A stretch of 58,824 bases of DNA from Nemertoderma westbladi. Its lineage: Eukaryota; Animalia; Xenacoelomorpha. Positions within the stretch are counted from its first letter, which is position 1. Each line of letters begins with the position of its first letter. The notes beneath the pieces are model-generated. The model had not been told where the DNA came from and did no database searches. It saw only the letters and a list, made by a program, of their open reading frames with translations. A program made the translations under genes and the position numbers. The stretch is taken from NCBI GenBank assembly GCA_032718475.1, contig JAUCBJ010003222.1:1-58824 (forward strand), read 5' to 3'. Below are positions 45,484 to 58,006 of the stretch, in pieces.

Positions 45484-47373
45484 TTAAAAAGAACGCTAGA
45501 CAATGTTGCTTTTTTGCAGTGTATAAATATATTTTTCGAGGAGGTGGGAATGCTCTCAAGTGAACTATATGGAGTAATGATACCGTTTTTAAAAGGAACG
45601 CTAGACAATGTTGATTTTTTGCAGTGTATAGATATATTTTTCGAGGAGGTGGGAATGCTCTCAAGTGAACTATATGGAGTAATGATACCGTTTTTAAAAG
45701 GAACGCTAGACAATGTTGCTTTTTTGCAGTGTATAGATATATTTTTCGAGGAGGTGGGAATGCTCTCAAGTGAACTATATGGAGTAATGATACCGTTTTT
45801 AAAAGGAACGCTAGACAATGTTGCTTTTTTGCAGTGTATAGATATATTTTTCGAGGAGGTGGGAATGCTTTCAAGTGAACTATATGGAGTAATGATACCG
45901 TTTTTAAAAAGAACGCTAGACAATGTTGCTTTTTTGCAGTGTATAGATATATTTTTCGAGGAGGTGGGAATGCTTTCAAGTGAACTATATGGAGTAATGA
46001 TACCGTTTTTAAAAGGAACGCTAGACAATGTTGCTTTTTTGCAGTGTATAGATATATTTTTCGAGGAGGTGGGAATGCTCTCAAGTGAACTATATGGAGT
46101 AATGATACCGTTTTTAAAAGGAACGCTAGACAATGTTGCTTTTTTGCAGTGTATAGATATATTTTTCGAGGAGGTGGGAATGCTCTCAAGTGAACTATAT
46201 GGAGTAATGATACCGTTTTTAAAAGGAACGCTAGACAATGTTGCTTTTTTGCAGTGTATAGATATATTTTTCGAGGAGGTGGGAATGCTTTCAAGTGAAC
46301 TATATGGAGTAATGATACCGTTTTTAAAAAGAACGCTAGACAATGTTGCTTTTTTGCAGTGTATAGATATATTTTTCGAGGAGGTGGGAATGCTTTCAAG
46401 TGAACTATATGGAGTAATGATACCGTTTTTAAAAGGAACGCTAGACAATGTTGCTTTTTTGCAGTGTATAGATATATTTTTCGAGGAGGTGGGAATGCTC
46501 TCAAGTGAACTATATGGAGTAATGATCCTGTTTTTAAAAAGAACGCTAGACAATGTTGCTTTTTTGCAGTGTATAAATATATTTTTCGAGGAGGTGGGAA
46601 TGCTCTCAAGTGAACTATATGGAGTAATGATCCTGTTTTTAAAAAGAACGCTAGACAATGTTGCTTTTTTGCAGTGTATAAATATATTTTTCGAGGAGGT
46701 GGGAATGCTTTCAAGTGAACTATATGGAGTAATGATACCGTTTTTAAAAAGAACGCTAGACAATGTTGCTTTTTTGCAGTGTATAAATATATTTTTCGAG
46801 GAGGTGGGAATGCTCTCAAGTGAACTATATGGAGTAATGATCCTGTTTTTAAAAAGAACGCTAGACAATGTTGCTTTTTTGCAGTGTATAAATATATTTT
46901 TCGAGGAGGTGGGAATGCTCTCAAGTGAACTATATGGAGTAATGATACCGTTTTTAAAAGGAACGCTAGACAATGTTGCTTTTTTGCAGTGTATAGATAT
47001 ATTTTTCGAGGAGGTGGGAATGCTTTCAAGTGAACTATATGGAGTAATGATACCGTTTTTAAAAAGAACGCTAGACAATGTTGCTTTTTTGCAGTGTATA
47101 GATATATTTTTCGAGGAGGTGGGAATGCTCTCAAGTGAACTATATGGAGTAATGATACCGTTTTTAAAAGGAACGCTAGACAATGTTGCTTTTTTGCAGT
47201 GTATAGATATATTTTTCGAGGAGGTGGGAATGCTTTCAAGTGAACTATATGGAGTAATGATACCGTTTTTAAAAAGAACGCTAGACAATGTTGCTTTTTT
47301 GCAGTGTATAGATATATTTTTCGAGGAGGTGGGAATGCTCTCAAGTGAACTATATGGAGTAATGATACCGTTT
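45484..47373. repeat. 105-bp satellite, 18 near-identical copies
   Basis: Unit TTAAAARGAACGCTAGACAATG...GGAGTAATGATACCGTTT; essentially 4 recurrent polymorphic sites. Confidence 0.97.
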
Positions 47374-50300
47374 TAATACATTATAAAGAAGTTCATCACC
47401 ATTAGGAGACTCACTATTGATAACTGCAGGTGACCACTGGCAACACCCCCCAGTTTCAGGCCATATGATCTGGCAGAGTAGGAATATGCTAACTACCTAC
47501 AAAATTTTGCATTTTAAGCATTATATGTTAATTATACATTAAACATTACATTAGGAATGATCATGAGTTACATCTCGATTAAAGTATTTATGTACAACAA
47601 ACGTTTTAACGGAAGATGATATCTAAGAATTTAAGGAAATAATTGGAAGACGTTATCAGTTTGTATGTTATAGGGATAATGTCCCAGATTCAACTTCATG
47701 AGTATTTAGTAAAAGGGATGCAGTTAGGCCAACAACTTGGCTCGATAAAATGATGGACCCTGCAGGGGTATAGCCTACTTCAAATCTATAGCTTATGACA
47801 CAGAAATAACTGAAGGTTGGTTATAGGTATAACATAGCACCTGACCAAATTCCATGGGCAAAAGTGTCTCTACAAATGCATGAAACAGCTGTTGTAGTAA
47901 TAAGTAAAGCATTTAGTGCAAGAAGAAAGCAGTACCCTTTATGATATTATATATCCCAAATGGGACATAGAGTTAAAGGAGACACTGTGGTAGGAGATCT
48001 AGCTATACAGATAGAGTTCCAACAAAGAAAGTCTAAAAATGATACGTCATATAACTTATGGCAGAGATCACAATTGAACGTGTTGGAAAGTAGGGTCGAA
48101 GATTTACATAATTTTATATTTGTAGGTGATAAAGAGAGAACATTAGTTGCAATCGGTTGCAGAGAGTAGCATGGATGGAATGGGTGGGTGGATCACCTAA
48201 TAGAAACCCTTTCCAATTCTGGACCATCTAGACCGATACCTGTTGACTATGCTTTTCATCTATTCCGAGTAAGCAATATTGCCCTTCCTGATGACCCAGT
48301 TGGATACATAATCTGCTTAATAAGTATAAAAAATAAAAATCTGATCTATATAGATCACTCACAAAATTTAGCACGAGCAGTGAATTACTATAACACCGGT
48401 TTGTATTCTAATCAAATAACTGAAAAACATGAAAATAGACCATGGGGAGTTATGTCATACATTATCGGGGTAGGCGACATGTTTGGAAACCTTGAAACAT
48501 GGCAAGTTATAACTGATGATGATTGGAGACATGAGAACCCCTGAGTGGCTCAGTACTTCAAGTCTTTAGAAATTTACCATCAATGTTTTATGGAAGATTC
48601 CCATAAACAGCATCATTTATAAGAAGAGGGAAATGATGAAAGGGTGGGTAATAAAGTTAAATTATGTCCATCTGATGTAGTGAAGGGCGGCTGGGAACCT
48701 CCAAGCCCACGCCCAGGACAGTTTCACTAGCTGCTTAGCCATCACATTTTGGAATACATAATGCAGAAAAACCCATAGCATCTTCAACAATTCGTCAGGA
48801 AATCACAAACAAACAAAACCTACAATTGTCATTTTATATTATATATGTCTATGTATTCTATATGTCATTTTCATATTTGCGGTGCATACCCTTAATTTCA
48901 GTATTTCATACAAATTTATTATTAATTATTATTAATATTATTACTAATGTGTGTTAGGAAATGCTGAACAATGCCATTCCTAATGTTAAGTATATGACAA
49001 TAATTTCGTTACCATATAATATCCTACCGTTACCATAGATGGGGTTCGTTATCATTAAATATGTATCATTAGTAAATATAGAATATATTTATTACCTTTG
49101 TTTATTGGGTTTCCTAAAGGTGTAGTTCTCTAATTACAATCAGGTGTAAGTAACCAAGAATGACATATGGGTGCCACGTTACCAATAGGAAACCGTCAAT
49201 GAATGCCAGCGTTGCACCTAATTATAATAACATTTATTATTTAAAAAATAAATGTATATATATTTATAATATTTAGTTGGCATAGAAACAATTACCTTAT
49301 AATAATCTATATTATATATTGTTGTTGATAAAATTTTCTATATATGTGTAATGCCGTATCTTATAAAACACTTATTTTTTCTCTACTCTATTTATATTAT
49401 GCCTCGACCGGTCCGAGCTATTTGTACTGTTAATCACATACATGAGATCAGAATCGTTGGGTCTTCCCACCCAGACCACCTCTTTCGGTACCTTGGCCAC
49501 AACAACCGCGTCCACAATCGTAACTTTAGCATCTCTCCCACAGTTGCCAAAGTTACGTTTCAGCTGAGTTCTGGGAAAACATTTGACACCCATAACCCAC
49601 ATGAGGTAATCACCAATTGGGCAGTGGCGGATCCAGGGGGGGGGGGGGGGGGGGGGGTTTAGTGCGAGCAATTTAAAGTAAGGTTTGCTATTTCCCACCA
49701 AGGCACACACACTCCCTAAGCCATACAATATGCAATATGTTAAACCCAAGACAAACCCTGAACCAGGAAATGTGAAGACATCTAGATTCTTCCACATACG
49801 GTTCCACTCTACCCGTTAAGGGTTTAAGTGTTGAACTGCAGGTTCCCAGCGCCGTCCTAAATTAAGACCTAATCTCAATATAAAATCTCAAGGTAAGTTT
49901 TATATGGCCCTGAATCAGGCCACTGACATTGCACTTAGCAAATAAATTTGACATTTAAAATAATTATCTGTCTCAACGAGCCCAATAGATTTCTTTGTCA
50001 TAAAAGAAATTGTTGTTGTGTTGTGTTATGCTGCGCGCTCCACTTGTGTTCTGGAAAATTTTGGATAATGGGAATTTTCCCCACTGTCTTTCTTTCCAAA
50101 TTTCGTTCTATAAGTTTATTCTTTTTATACTGGTAGGCCTAATTAATAATTACTTACTAAAATAAATATTATTATCCTAATTAATTTCTTAATTAATGTT
50201 TAAGATTTTAAATCAATTACATGAAAAAAAAAAAAAAAATAGATAACCATGCCATAAAATAGAAAAAAAAAAGAATACTAAAACAAATAAAAAAACCAAA

Positions 50301-50636
50301 ATGTCATTATTGTATGCCAGTTCGTCATGGTGTTAATTAATATCGGTAGGGCCTATAGTAAAAGTAGTCTATAGTAAAAGTAGCAGTTTTATACTGGTTT
50401 AATTATTATTTAGGCTTACTTAATTAAATATAATTATTCTAATCACTTTATAAATTAGAGATTTATTAATTAGAGATTTTTTCTAGAATTTTAATAAGAG
50501 GAGTGTGACTAAATATTTAGAGTAAATTTTCAGATTTAATTTTGTGTTAATTACTAGCTAGTTTTTAATTACTATATTTTGGGCTTATGTTACAGTACGA
50601 CCTTTTACGAGATAATTGTGTCAGTCAATGTGTCTG

Positions 50637-51527
50637 CCATGAAGTACAATGACATTGGAAATGGATGGACGTTAGTAACAAGCTCAGCAGTAAGAAACTC
50701 AGCCAATGCATCAATTGGTGGAGTAGGAATTCTGCTAAGCCCATTTGCACTTAAGACCCTAAACAACATAGAATCTATAAATTCCAGGGTTATGATCGCA
50801 ACATTTGATGGGAATCCCAAGGCAACAGTTATATGTTGCTACAGTCCAACCAATGCCTCAGAGCCAGAACAAGCAGTCAAGTTTTATGAAGAACTGACTG
50901 GACTTATAAAGGACATTCCGAAACACAATGTTAAAGTGATTGCTGGTGACTTGAATGCCCAAATTGGCCCAGAAGACATCAAGGGTTACACCTATAACAC
51001 CAGTTCTAACAGAAATGGGTACTTACTTTTAGATCTAATGGAAGAATGTGAATTGATACCAACAAACAACACATTCGAAAAGAGTAAGGGGAAGCTATGG
51101 ACCTTTCAATACCCTAATGGAACCAAAGCACAACTGGATTACATCCTTATAAACAAAAAGTGGAGAAATAGCATGATCAACTGCGAGGCATACAGCTCGT
51201 TCAACCTAATTGGTTCGGACCACAGAATTGTGACTGCAGAGATCAGACTCAGTTTGAGAGCCAGCAAACCCAGGACAAGCAAGCAAATCAAATATGACTG
51301 GGAAAAAATCAGAACTGGCAATGCTGTAAAGGATGCTTATACAGTAGAAGTTCAAAACTGCTTTGAAGCACTCCAGTCAATGGATGAAGACCAATCCACC
51401 AATTCAATATACCAGAATATAATAACAGCCCACAAGGAATCAGCTAAGAGGCATATCCCCCAGAAACCCAAACGAAAACAATATGTGCCATGGCAAAACT
51501 CTGAGGTTACTTATAAGAGAGAAGATC
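50637..51527 (+). pseudogene. RTE LINE APE endonuclease fragment
   Basis: GGVGILL, CYSPT, IAGDLNA, NRNG, WTF, QLDYILI, SDH; cut at TTAA 51528-31 by the piggyBac-like element. Confidence 0.9.
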
Positions 51528-51966
51528 TTAACCCTATTAAACCCGGGGGGGGGGGGGGTCAATATGACCCCCCCGTGGTTTTTTTATTATAATTCTGAAA
51601 CAAACGCAGTTGGGAATCTGAAACTTTCTGACTTTTCCTAAAAATCTATTATCTTCCTAGTAGTGAAAACCGTTTTCAAAAATATTGCGTACTTTTCAAG
51701 TTATAGCACCATTTTTTAACCCTACTTTTGGCACTTTTTTTGAGACGTTTTTTGAAAATAACATTTCATTAAATATGAATTGTAACATCTCTATTTTTTA
51801 TTTACACCGGTTTTTTGGTGTTAGAAATTGGATGGAATTCATATAAATTGATTTAGAAATTTCAAACTTGTTTTTTTCGGTGGGTGCCAAATTTTGGTGC
51901 CAGCACCAAATTTTGAAATATGTCAATTTTGTAAATTGATTATTTGAAACTTGTTTTTTACGCAAT

Positions 51967-53797
51967 GGGGTAGACGACTCGGAAAATTTTTTTCGAGTTT
52001 TCGTTGGTTTCATGTGAAAGAGCATGTGAAAAACCCCAGAGAGCAATTTTACTTAAAAAAAATTAATATTTGCCGAGTTATAGCGATTTTAAAACGCAAA
52101 ACTAGCAACATCGAAAAATCGGGCCGTTTCAGAAACCTGCACTAGTGACGTCAGCCATAACACAGCAACAGTTGTCAAGCGCAGTTGATTGGCTAATATA
52201 ACGTATAATATTGCAGTATCTAAAATAAATCAAATAATAAATGTAGCTAAGTATTTATTTGGATGTGTATTTGTGTTGTGTTAAGAATCGATTCTAGGAC
52301 AGCCGTATGGAGGCGATTATTCTAGAATAATATTTATTTCGCCCATACCTGTACCATAGAGCTGTAGCTAAAAATAAATATAGCTAGCTAAATACTGCCA
52401 GGCGTTTCATTAATCTATTTTTAATTGGTTTTACAGCGAATAATGCGGGATTGGTAGATTAGAACTAGATGGAAATTATTTAGTTTTTTTTGTCAGTTCA
52501 CTGTAAAGTGTTACTGGTACTAGTGTTGCACGTGTCACCATTATTCTGCCTTTCTTAATAGCTGTTTTGGTTTGACATCCAAAAATATAAAAATACCAAA
52601 AAATATCCAAAACATATTATTTTGGGCTATTGATTTGTCATATTTGACATATTTTGGCTAGTTACATGTGAAAAAATATGTTTTAAAGAAAATAAAAACA
52701 AATGTTTGTGGTAGCTAGTGTTTTCAATGGTATTTACTGTTTTAATAATGTAGCTAGTGTTTTTATAAAATACCACAAAATCTTATTTTTTGATGCCATT
52801 CCAGATGCTATTACACCAAAGCATGTGGTAGAAGTAAAATGTCCAACATCAAAACATGCCATTCAAAAATCTTATCTTTCACAATCGATCACAATCGTAA
52901 ATTCATGGCACAAATCCAACTTCAAATGCATCTTTGCAATAAACAATTGGCCTTGTTTAGCGTCGCAGATCCATCTTTTGAAATAAATGGCGAAGTGAAA
53001 ATAGTTGAAGTATCATATGATTCCATATACATGCAAAGTTTACTGAAAAGTAGTAGTAGCTTCTGGAAGGAATATATATTTCCCAAAATTGTGAAAAAAT
53101 AGATGATTAAAAAATTTAAATTATAGTTATGGTTCAAATAAATTCTGATTAATGCTGATTGTATTGAGATGGCAGCTGAATATATTTTTACTATACGTCT
53201 TCAATTACAGCTACATGGACTAACTATCAATGCTATTTGGAATTCAATAATTTAACTTGTATAAAAATAATTGCAATAGAAAAAGTGCGAATCCACAATC
53301 TAATCCAAAGTAATCTAAGTTTTGAAGCTGAATAAAACATCAATAAGCTACTGGATTTCTACCACCTGGCAGTTTTAGCTACAAAATATGTTTTATTTTA
53401 ATAGCTAACAACTGTACGGTTTGGGAGAAATAAATATTATTCTGGAATATTTAACTTGTTATGAATCAATTGCCGCCATAAAGATATCAAAAAATGTAAT
53501 CTTAACACAACACAAAAACACACTAAATAAATATTAGCTACATTATTTATTTTAGTTACTAAGAGATTTATATTGTATAGTAACCAATGAACATTTACTG
53601 CTGCACTAGTGACGTCACTAGTGCAGTTTTCTGAAACGGCCTGATTTTTCGATGTTGCTAATTTTGCGTTTTAAAATCGCTATAACTCGGCCAATATTAT
53701 TTTTTTTGAAGTAAAATTGCTCTCTGGGGTTTTTTCACATGCTCTTTCACATGAAACCAACGAAAACTCGAAAAAAATTTTCCGAGTCGTCTACCCC
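51967..53797 (+). mobile_element. ISL2EU-like non-autonomous DNA transposon
   Basis: TIR GGGGTAGACGACTCGG... (~185 bp near-perfect, imperfect to ~450 bp); AT TSD (51965-66, 53798-99) verified against the empty site near 3030; YqaJ relic inside. Confidence 0.8.
52770..53102 (+). pseudogene. YqaJ / lambda-exonuclease-like fragment
   Basis: IPDA...VEVKCP, frameshift, then AQIQLQM...FSVAD...FWKEYIFP. Confidence 0.78.
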
Positions 53798-56118
53798 ATT
53801 GGGGTTTTTTGGGGTTCTGGATTCGATGAAATATATACGAATTGCACTAAGCGTATCAAACTTGTATTTTTCGGTGCTGTGTGCAAATTTTGGTGCTAGC
53901 ACGAAATTTTGAAAATCCATTCAATAGATAAAATTGCTTGTGACAATTTATTTCTTGCGTTTTAGAGGTTTATGGCTGTTCTGAATTCAATGGAATATAT
54001 AATTATCGAACTAGACATCTCAAACTTGTATTTTTCGGATGTGGGTGCAAAATGTGGTGCCAGCACCAAATTTTGAAAACCATAAAATATATCAATTAAT
54101 TGTGTCACCTTGTTTCTTGCGTTATGCGGGTTTGTGATGGTTCTTAATTCAATGGAAGCAGTAAAAATTTCATAGGAGTTCTCAAACTTGTATTTTTCGC
54201 CGTTGGGTGAAAATTGTTGTGCCAGCACCAAATTTTGGAAAATATGCAAATTGATCAGTAGATAGTTTCACCTTGTTTCTTGCGTTATACGGGTTTATGA
54301 GGGTCCTGAATCCGATGGAATCAATAAAAACAGCACTGGACATCGCAAACTTGTACTTTTTGGTGATGGGTACGAAATTTGGTGCTAGCACCAAAATTTG
54401 CCAAATTACGCCGAAAAATACAAGTAGCAATGATCTGGCATATTTGAAATGTATTCCATTAGAATCAGCGCCCTCTGTAAAAGCTTCTGTGGGATATAAC
54501 TGGCCCCGTTTGCCTTCGCAATGGCCAGTTTCCCCCCCGGCGCTGGAATACTCTAAAAAAGGTTTTCTAACTGTAGATATATTCCCCTCGCCCGCAAGGT
54601 ACCTTTACAGGTGTTTTAACGGACATAAAAATCATTCTGCTATATACGTGTTTTAGCGGACATGGTAAGACAAAAACTTGTAATGCACAAACCACCTTTC
54701 ACAGCTTAGCCGTGATGATTCATATTACGACATCTAGCAGCTGGTTGCTGACATGGAAACAGCCATTGGCCGCGTGGTTCTTTGTTTGGCTTGGGCCAAT
54801 CAGGGCGGTTTTTCCTGTCGACGTGTAGCTTTCCTGCCGATCATAAGGAGAGTGTTCTGTCTTACTGGGAGAGAGAGAGAGTTGTTACTTTGTTGTTATT
54901 GCTGTCTAAGCCAGAAACACCGGCATTTTTGGATAGATACTGCTGTACCGTAAACTGCTTGAATTATCGAAAGTATAAACTGTTACCGCTAATTGATCAA
55001 TCTTAATTAACATACTCACTTAATTTAATTGCATTAATCATATTGTTTGTACTGTTATTTTACCGTCAGTTATTAATTGTAAATATTTGTTGATGGAAAT
55101 ATTGCTATTTGGATAATACGGATAAATCACCCAATTCCCAATTTTCTTGATAACACTACAGGTTAGAGAGACCGGCTATATATAACAATTGCGATTTATA
55201 TTAATGTGGTGTGTATTGAATCCAATGTTATTTAGCAGACCCTACGTGAGTCAATTACTGCTCTCTTTATGTGTGATCAAATGTACTGACTGTCGGCAGA
55301 ATAGTGTGTATGATTGTGATTGGTAACAAAGTATTTCCTAAAGAATACGTTTTATACTTTAATCAGCAGCAGTATCGTTGCGTTTAGTATAAGTCTTAGT
55401 TCTGTTTAAATAGATAAAGCGCCACGTCCTAAAGGAACTGTTAATATTTCCCGAAAGCCAATAATATCTGTCAGAGATTAATTATTAACGATCTATCGAA
55501 TAATACATTAGGTATACACTGCAACCTTACACTGTAATAATACAATTCAAGCATCCGAATTCAGTCTCCCGGGTGTAGATCCATCGGGTGAATGATCGCG
55601 CATGGGCTGACTTCGGCTAATGTTTTGCGTATTAGCATAAATTATTGTCGTATGCTAAAGTGGTTTTAATTAACTAAAAGACATATAAATTTTGGCAGGT
55701 TAAACTGCTAAAGGTCTTCGAAAGCGCGAACAGTAACAGTTTATAATCTTATTGCAGTAAGCAATAAGGTTGCAAGTGTAGGCATTAAATACAGTTTAAT
55801 ACTGTTCTGGAGAACAGTAACGGTTTACAATCTTATTGCAGTAGGCAATAAGGTTGCAAAATACCGTAGTGACTGGTAAAACTGAACCGGTACTTTGTAG
55901 GTCAGTAGGCCTAACTGTCATCACCGGTACCGGTACTGCTGTACAAGTACTTTTAGTATTATTCGATTTTGATTATTGTATACCGGTAGGCTGTTTAAGA
56001 ATTAGGGACTGTACACCCCTTGTTTCTTTTGGAGCTTACTTATTTCTGTCAGTTTTATTTCCTAGTAGGCTAATATTGAGCAGAAGGCGTGTGACCCTGC
56101 TCAGATTGTTCAGATAAT

Positions 56119-56690
56119 TGTAGGCTGAGCTGCTGTCTGACTGTGGTTGGGTTTGGAGAGATTACGGCGTGTGTAGAGTTTGTCTGATAAAGTGCCGTTA
56201 GTAAGTTGGGGCAGTCAACACTGTAAGGTCAATCCCCTCTTAAAGAGTAAGTCGTACTACCGTGTTAGCACGCATACTAACTAACAGTTTCAGAGTCTGC
56301 ATATACTGTAGTTTATTTAGGCTTGATCGTAGTCTGCCAGTGTTTTAGCCTGTGTTTGTTTGTGTGGTCTGTTCAGGTACCGTAATAGTTATTACTCAAA
56401 TATTTTGTAGGCTGGATTGTTGTCTAGCTATTTTTGGGTCTGAAGGGATTGCTGCGTGTGTAGAGTTGGTCTGATCAAGCGCCGTTAGTAAGTTGGGGCA
56501 GTCAACACTGTAAGGTCAATCCCCTCTTAAAGAGTAAGTCGTACTACCGTGTTAGCACGCATACTAACTAACAGTTTCAGAATCTGCACATACAGTAGTT
56601 TGTTTAGGCTTGATAGTAGTCTGCCAGCGTTTGGTTTGTATTTGTTTGAGTATTCTGTACGGGTAGCGTAATATTTATTATTCAGAGTTT
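56119..56690. repeat. ~287-bp tandem duplication
   Basis: Core GCCGTTAGTAAGTTGGGGCAG...CAGTTTCAGA identical at ~56194 and ~56481. Confidence 0.85.
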
Positions 56691-58006
56691 ATGCGATTAT
56701 TCGCAACATTCATGTCCCCAAGTTTATTCCTACAGTAATTGTGCTTGTTATACATACCGTTATAGTTAAACTAACCCCGGTACTACATCAGGGCTGCTTG
56801 GCGTAGGTAAAGACTGACGACTTTGTGCTTCGGTCACTCCAGCAGATGCCGTGGTTCTTTTAACTGTTCAAGTATATTTAACTACTGATTATTTGTTATA
56901 CCGGTACTTGTACCTAATTTAGGGTTTAGTGTACAGTGCCTTCCGAAGTAATTAGTGTAGGCAGTATATTTGTGTTGTAAAGTGGTTGATAGGCACATTC
57001 GTTAGCTCTATTAGCTTCTGGGTAGGAACAATCCGTGATACATAACGTAGTACCTATAGCGATACGGTTATAGGTCGTCAGGCGGTGGTATTTTCCTATC
57101 TGGACAGTACAATATATTTACTACTACTTATTATTTCAAATACCGTAGTACCCTGTCCTGTTGTAATAACCAGAAATCTAACCCTTTGTTAGGCTGGTTT
57201 GTAGACTTCCTGTAAAATTACCCTAAAAATTTCGTACGTAATATTTTGTTGTGTTTAATTAGAGAATTAATCTCACCCGTATCGTAAGTAATTTGTAGTA
57301 TTAAGTAACTTAGGTAAATTAGAATTATCAGTTTTAGTGTCAAATAAATAGCACTTCACTGAGAGGCGTTCAGCTTCTGTGTAGTGATCCCCCAGAAATA
57401 ATAACATTTATTTCAAATATTGACAAAAACCCATATAACGGGTATATAAATATTATAAATCAACTCAAACGATTTATAAGTAGTAGGCCTGCCATACAAC
57501 AACTAGGTCTCAAAATCAGTTGGACTACTGCTTAAATAACGGTAACAAAGTAAGTTAAAGTAACCAAGTAACCCTAAATATTCAGAAATTCAATTATTCT
57601 AAAATAATTGACATACCGGTATTTACCATAGGCTTATTATATTTATTTCTATAAATTTGAGCTGAAATCATACCGGTATTCTGTAATTAATTTTAGTTCA
57701 TAGTTATACTTTATATATATTATAAGTGTAAGCTGTATACCGGTATCCACGATAGGCCTATTATATATTTATATATTTATATATATATTTGTGCTAAATT
57801 TATACACCGGTACTCTGTGGCAAATCTAGTCTGTAATAATACTTATATATACTATAAGCATACCGGTATTCTGATATAATATATATATATCCCGCTATAT
57901 TAAGTAGCAGTATCGGTAATTAATTATTAGGCTAGCAGTGATACTGAATTACTAGACTTGCTTTAACTGTATTTATAGCCGTAGGCATTCAACTGTGTAA
58001 ACAAAC

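Larger units (their letters stand above)
44706..48540 (+). pseudogene. Helitron-like PIF1 helicase plus C-terminal GIY-YIG nuclease, decayed
   Basis: FEEVGMLS (Walker B), PLG.SLLIAAGDH..PPV (motif III), RRKQYPL...GHRVKGDT, LWQRSQLNVLESRV...FIFVGD, then GYIICLIS...IYID..NL.R...NTG...RPW. Confidence 0.75.
51532..54425. mobile_element. Left half of the TTAA-specific (piggyBac-like) element, with nested insertion
   Basis: TTAA|CCCTATTAAACCCGGG...; reverse complement of 2437-3467; interrupted at 51967-53797. Confidence 0.8.

Noticed and set aside
45330-47376. Three 620-650-aa repeat ORFs on both strands
   Set aside because: They follow from a stop-free 105-bp (3n) unit; the flanking helicase frame has stops and frameshifts, so they are unlikely to be genes.
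49622-49658. hAT-like terminus CAGTGGCGGATCCAGGGG
   Set aside because: No matching right TIR or TSD found in the window.
49351-49662. 103-aa ORF (MPRPVRAICTVNH...)
   Set aside because: No recognisable domain; truncated by the G-run terminus.
1-51527. RTE RT (1-1304) and RTE endonuclease (50637-51527) as one interrupted element
   Set aside because: The order is reversed (RT upstream of EN on the same strand).
3467-51532. One giant 48-kb transposon bounded by the two TTAA termini
   Set aside because: The termini face away from the intervening DNA; they are a right end and a left end of separate copies.
55540-55640. Second HDV-like candidate (UUCGGCUAA motif)
   Set aside because: I could not build consistent P1, P3 and L3 elements.
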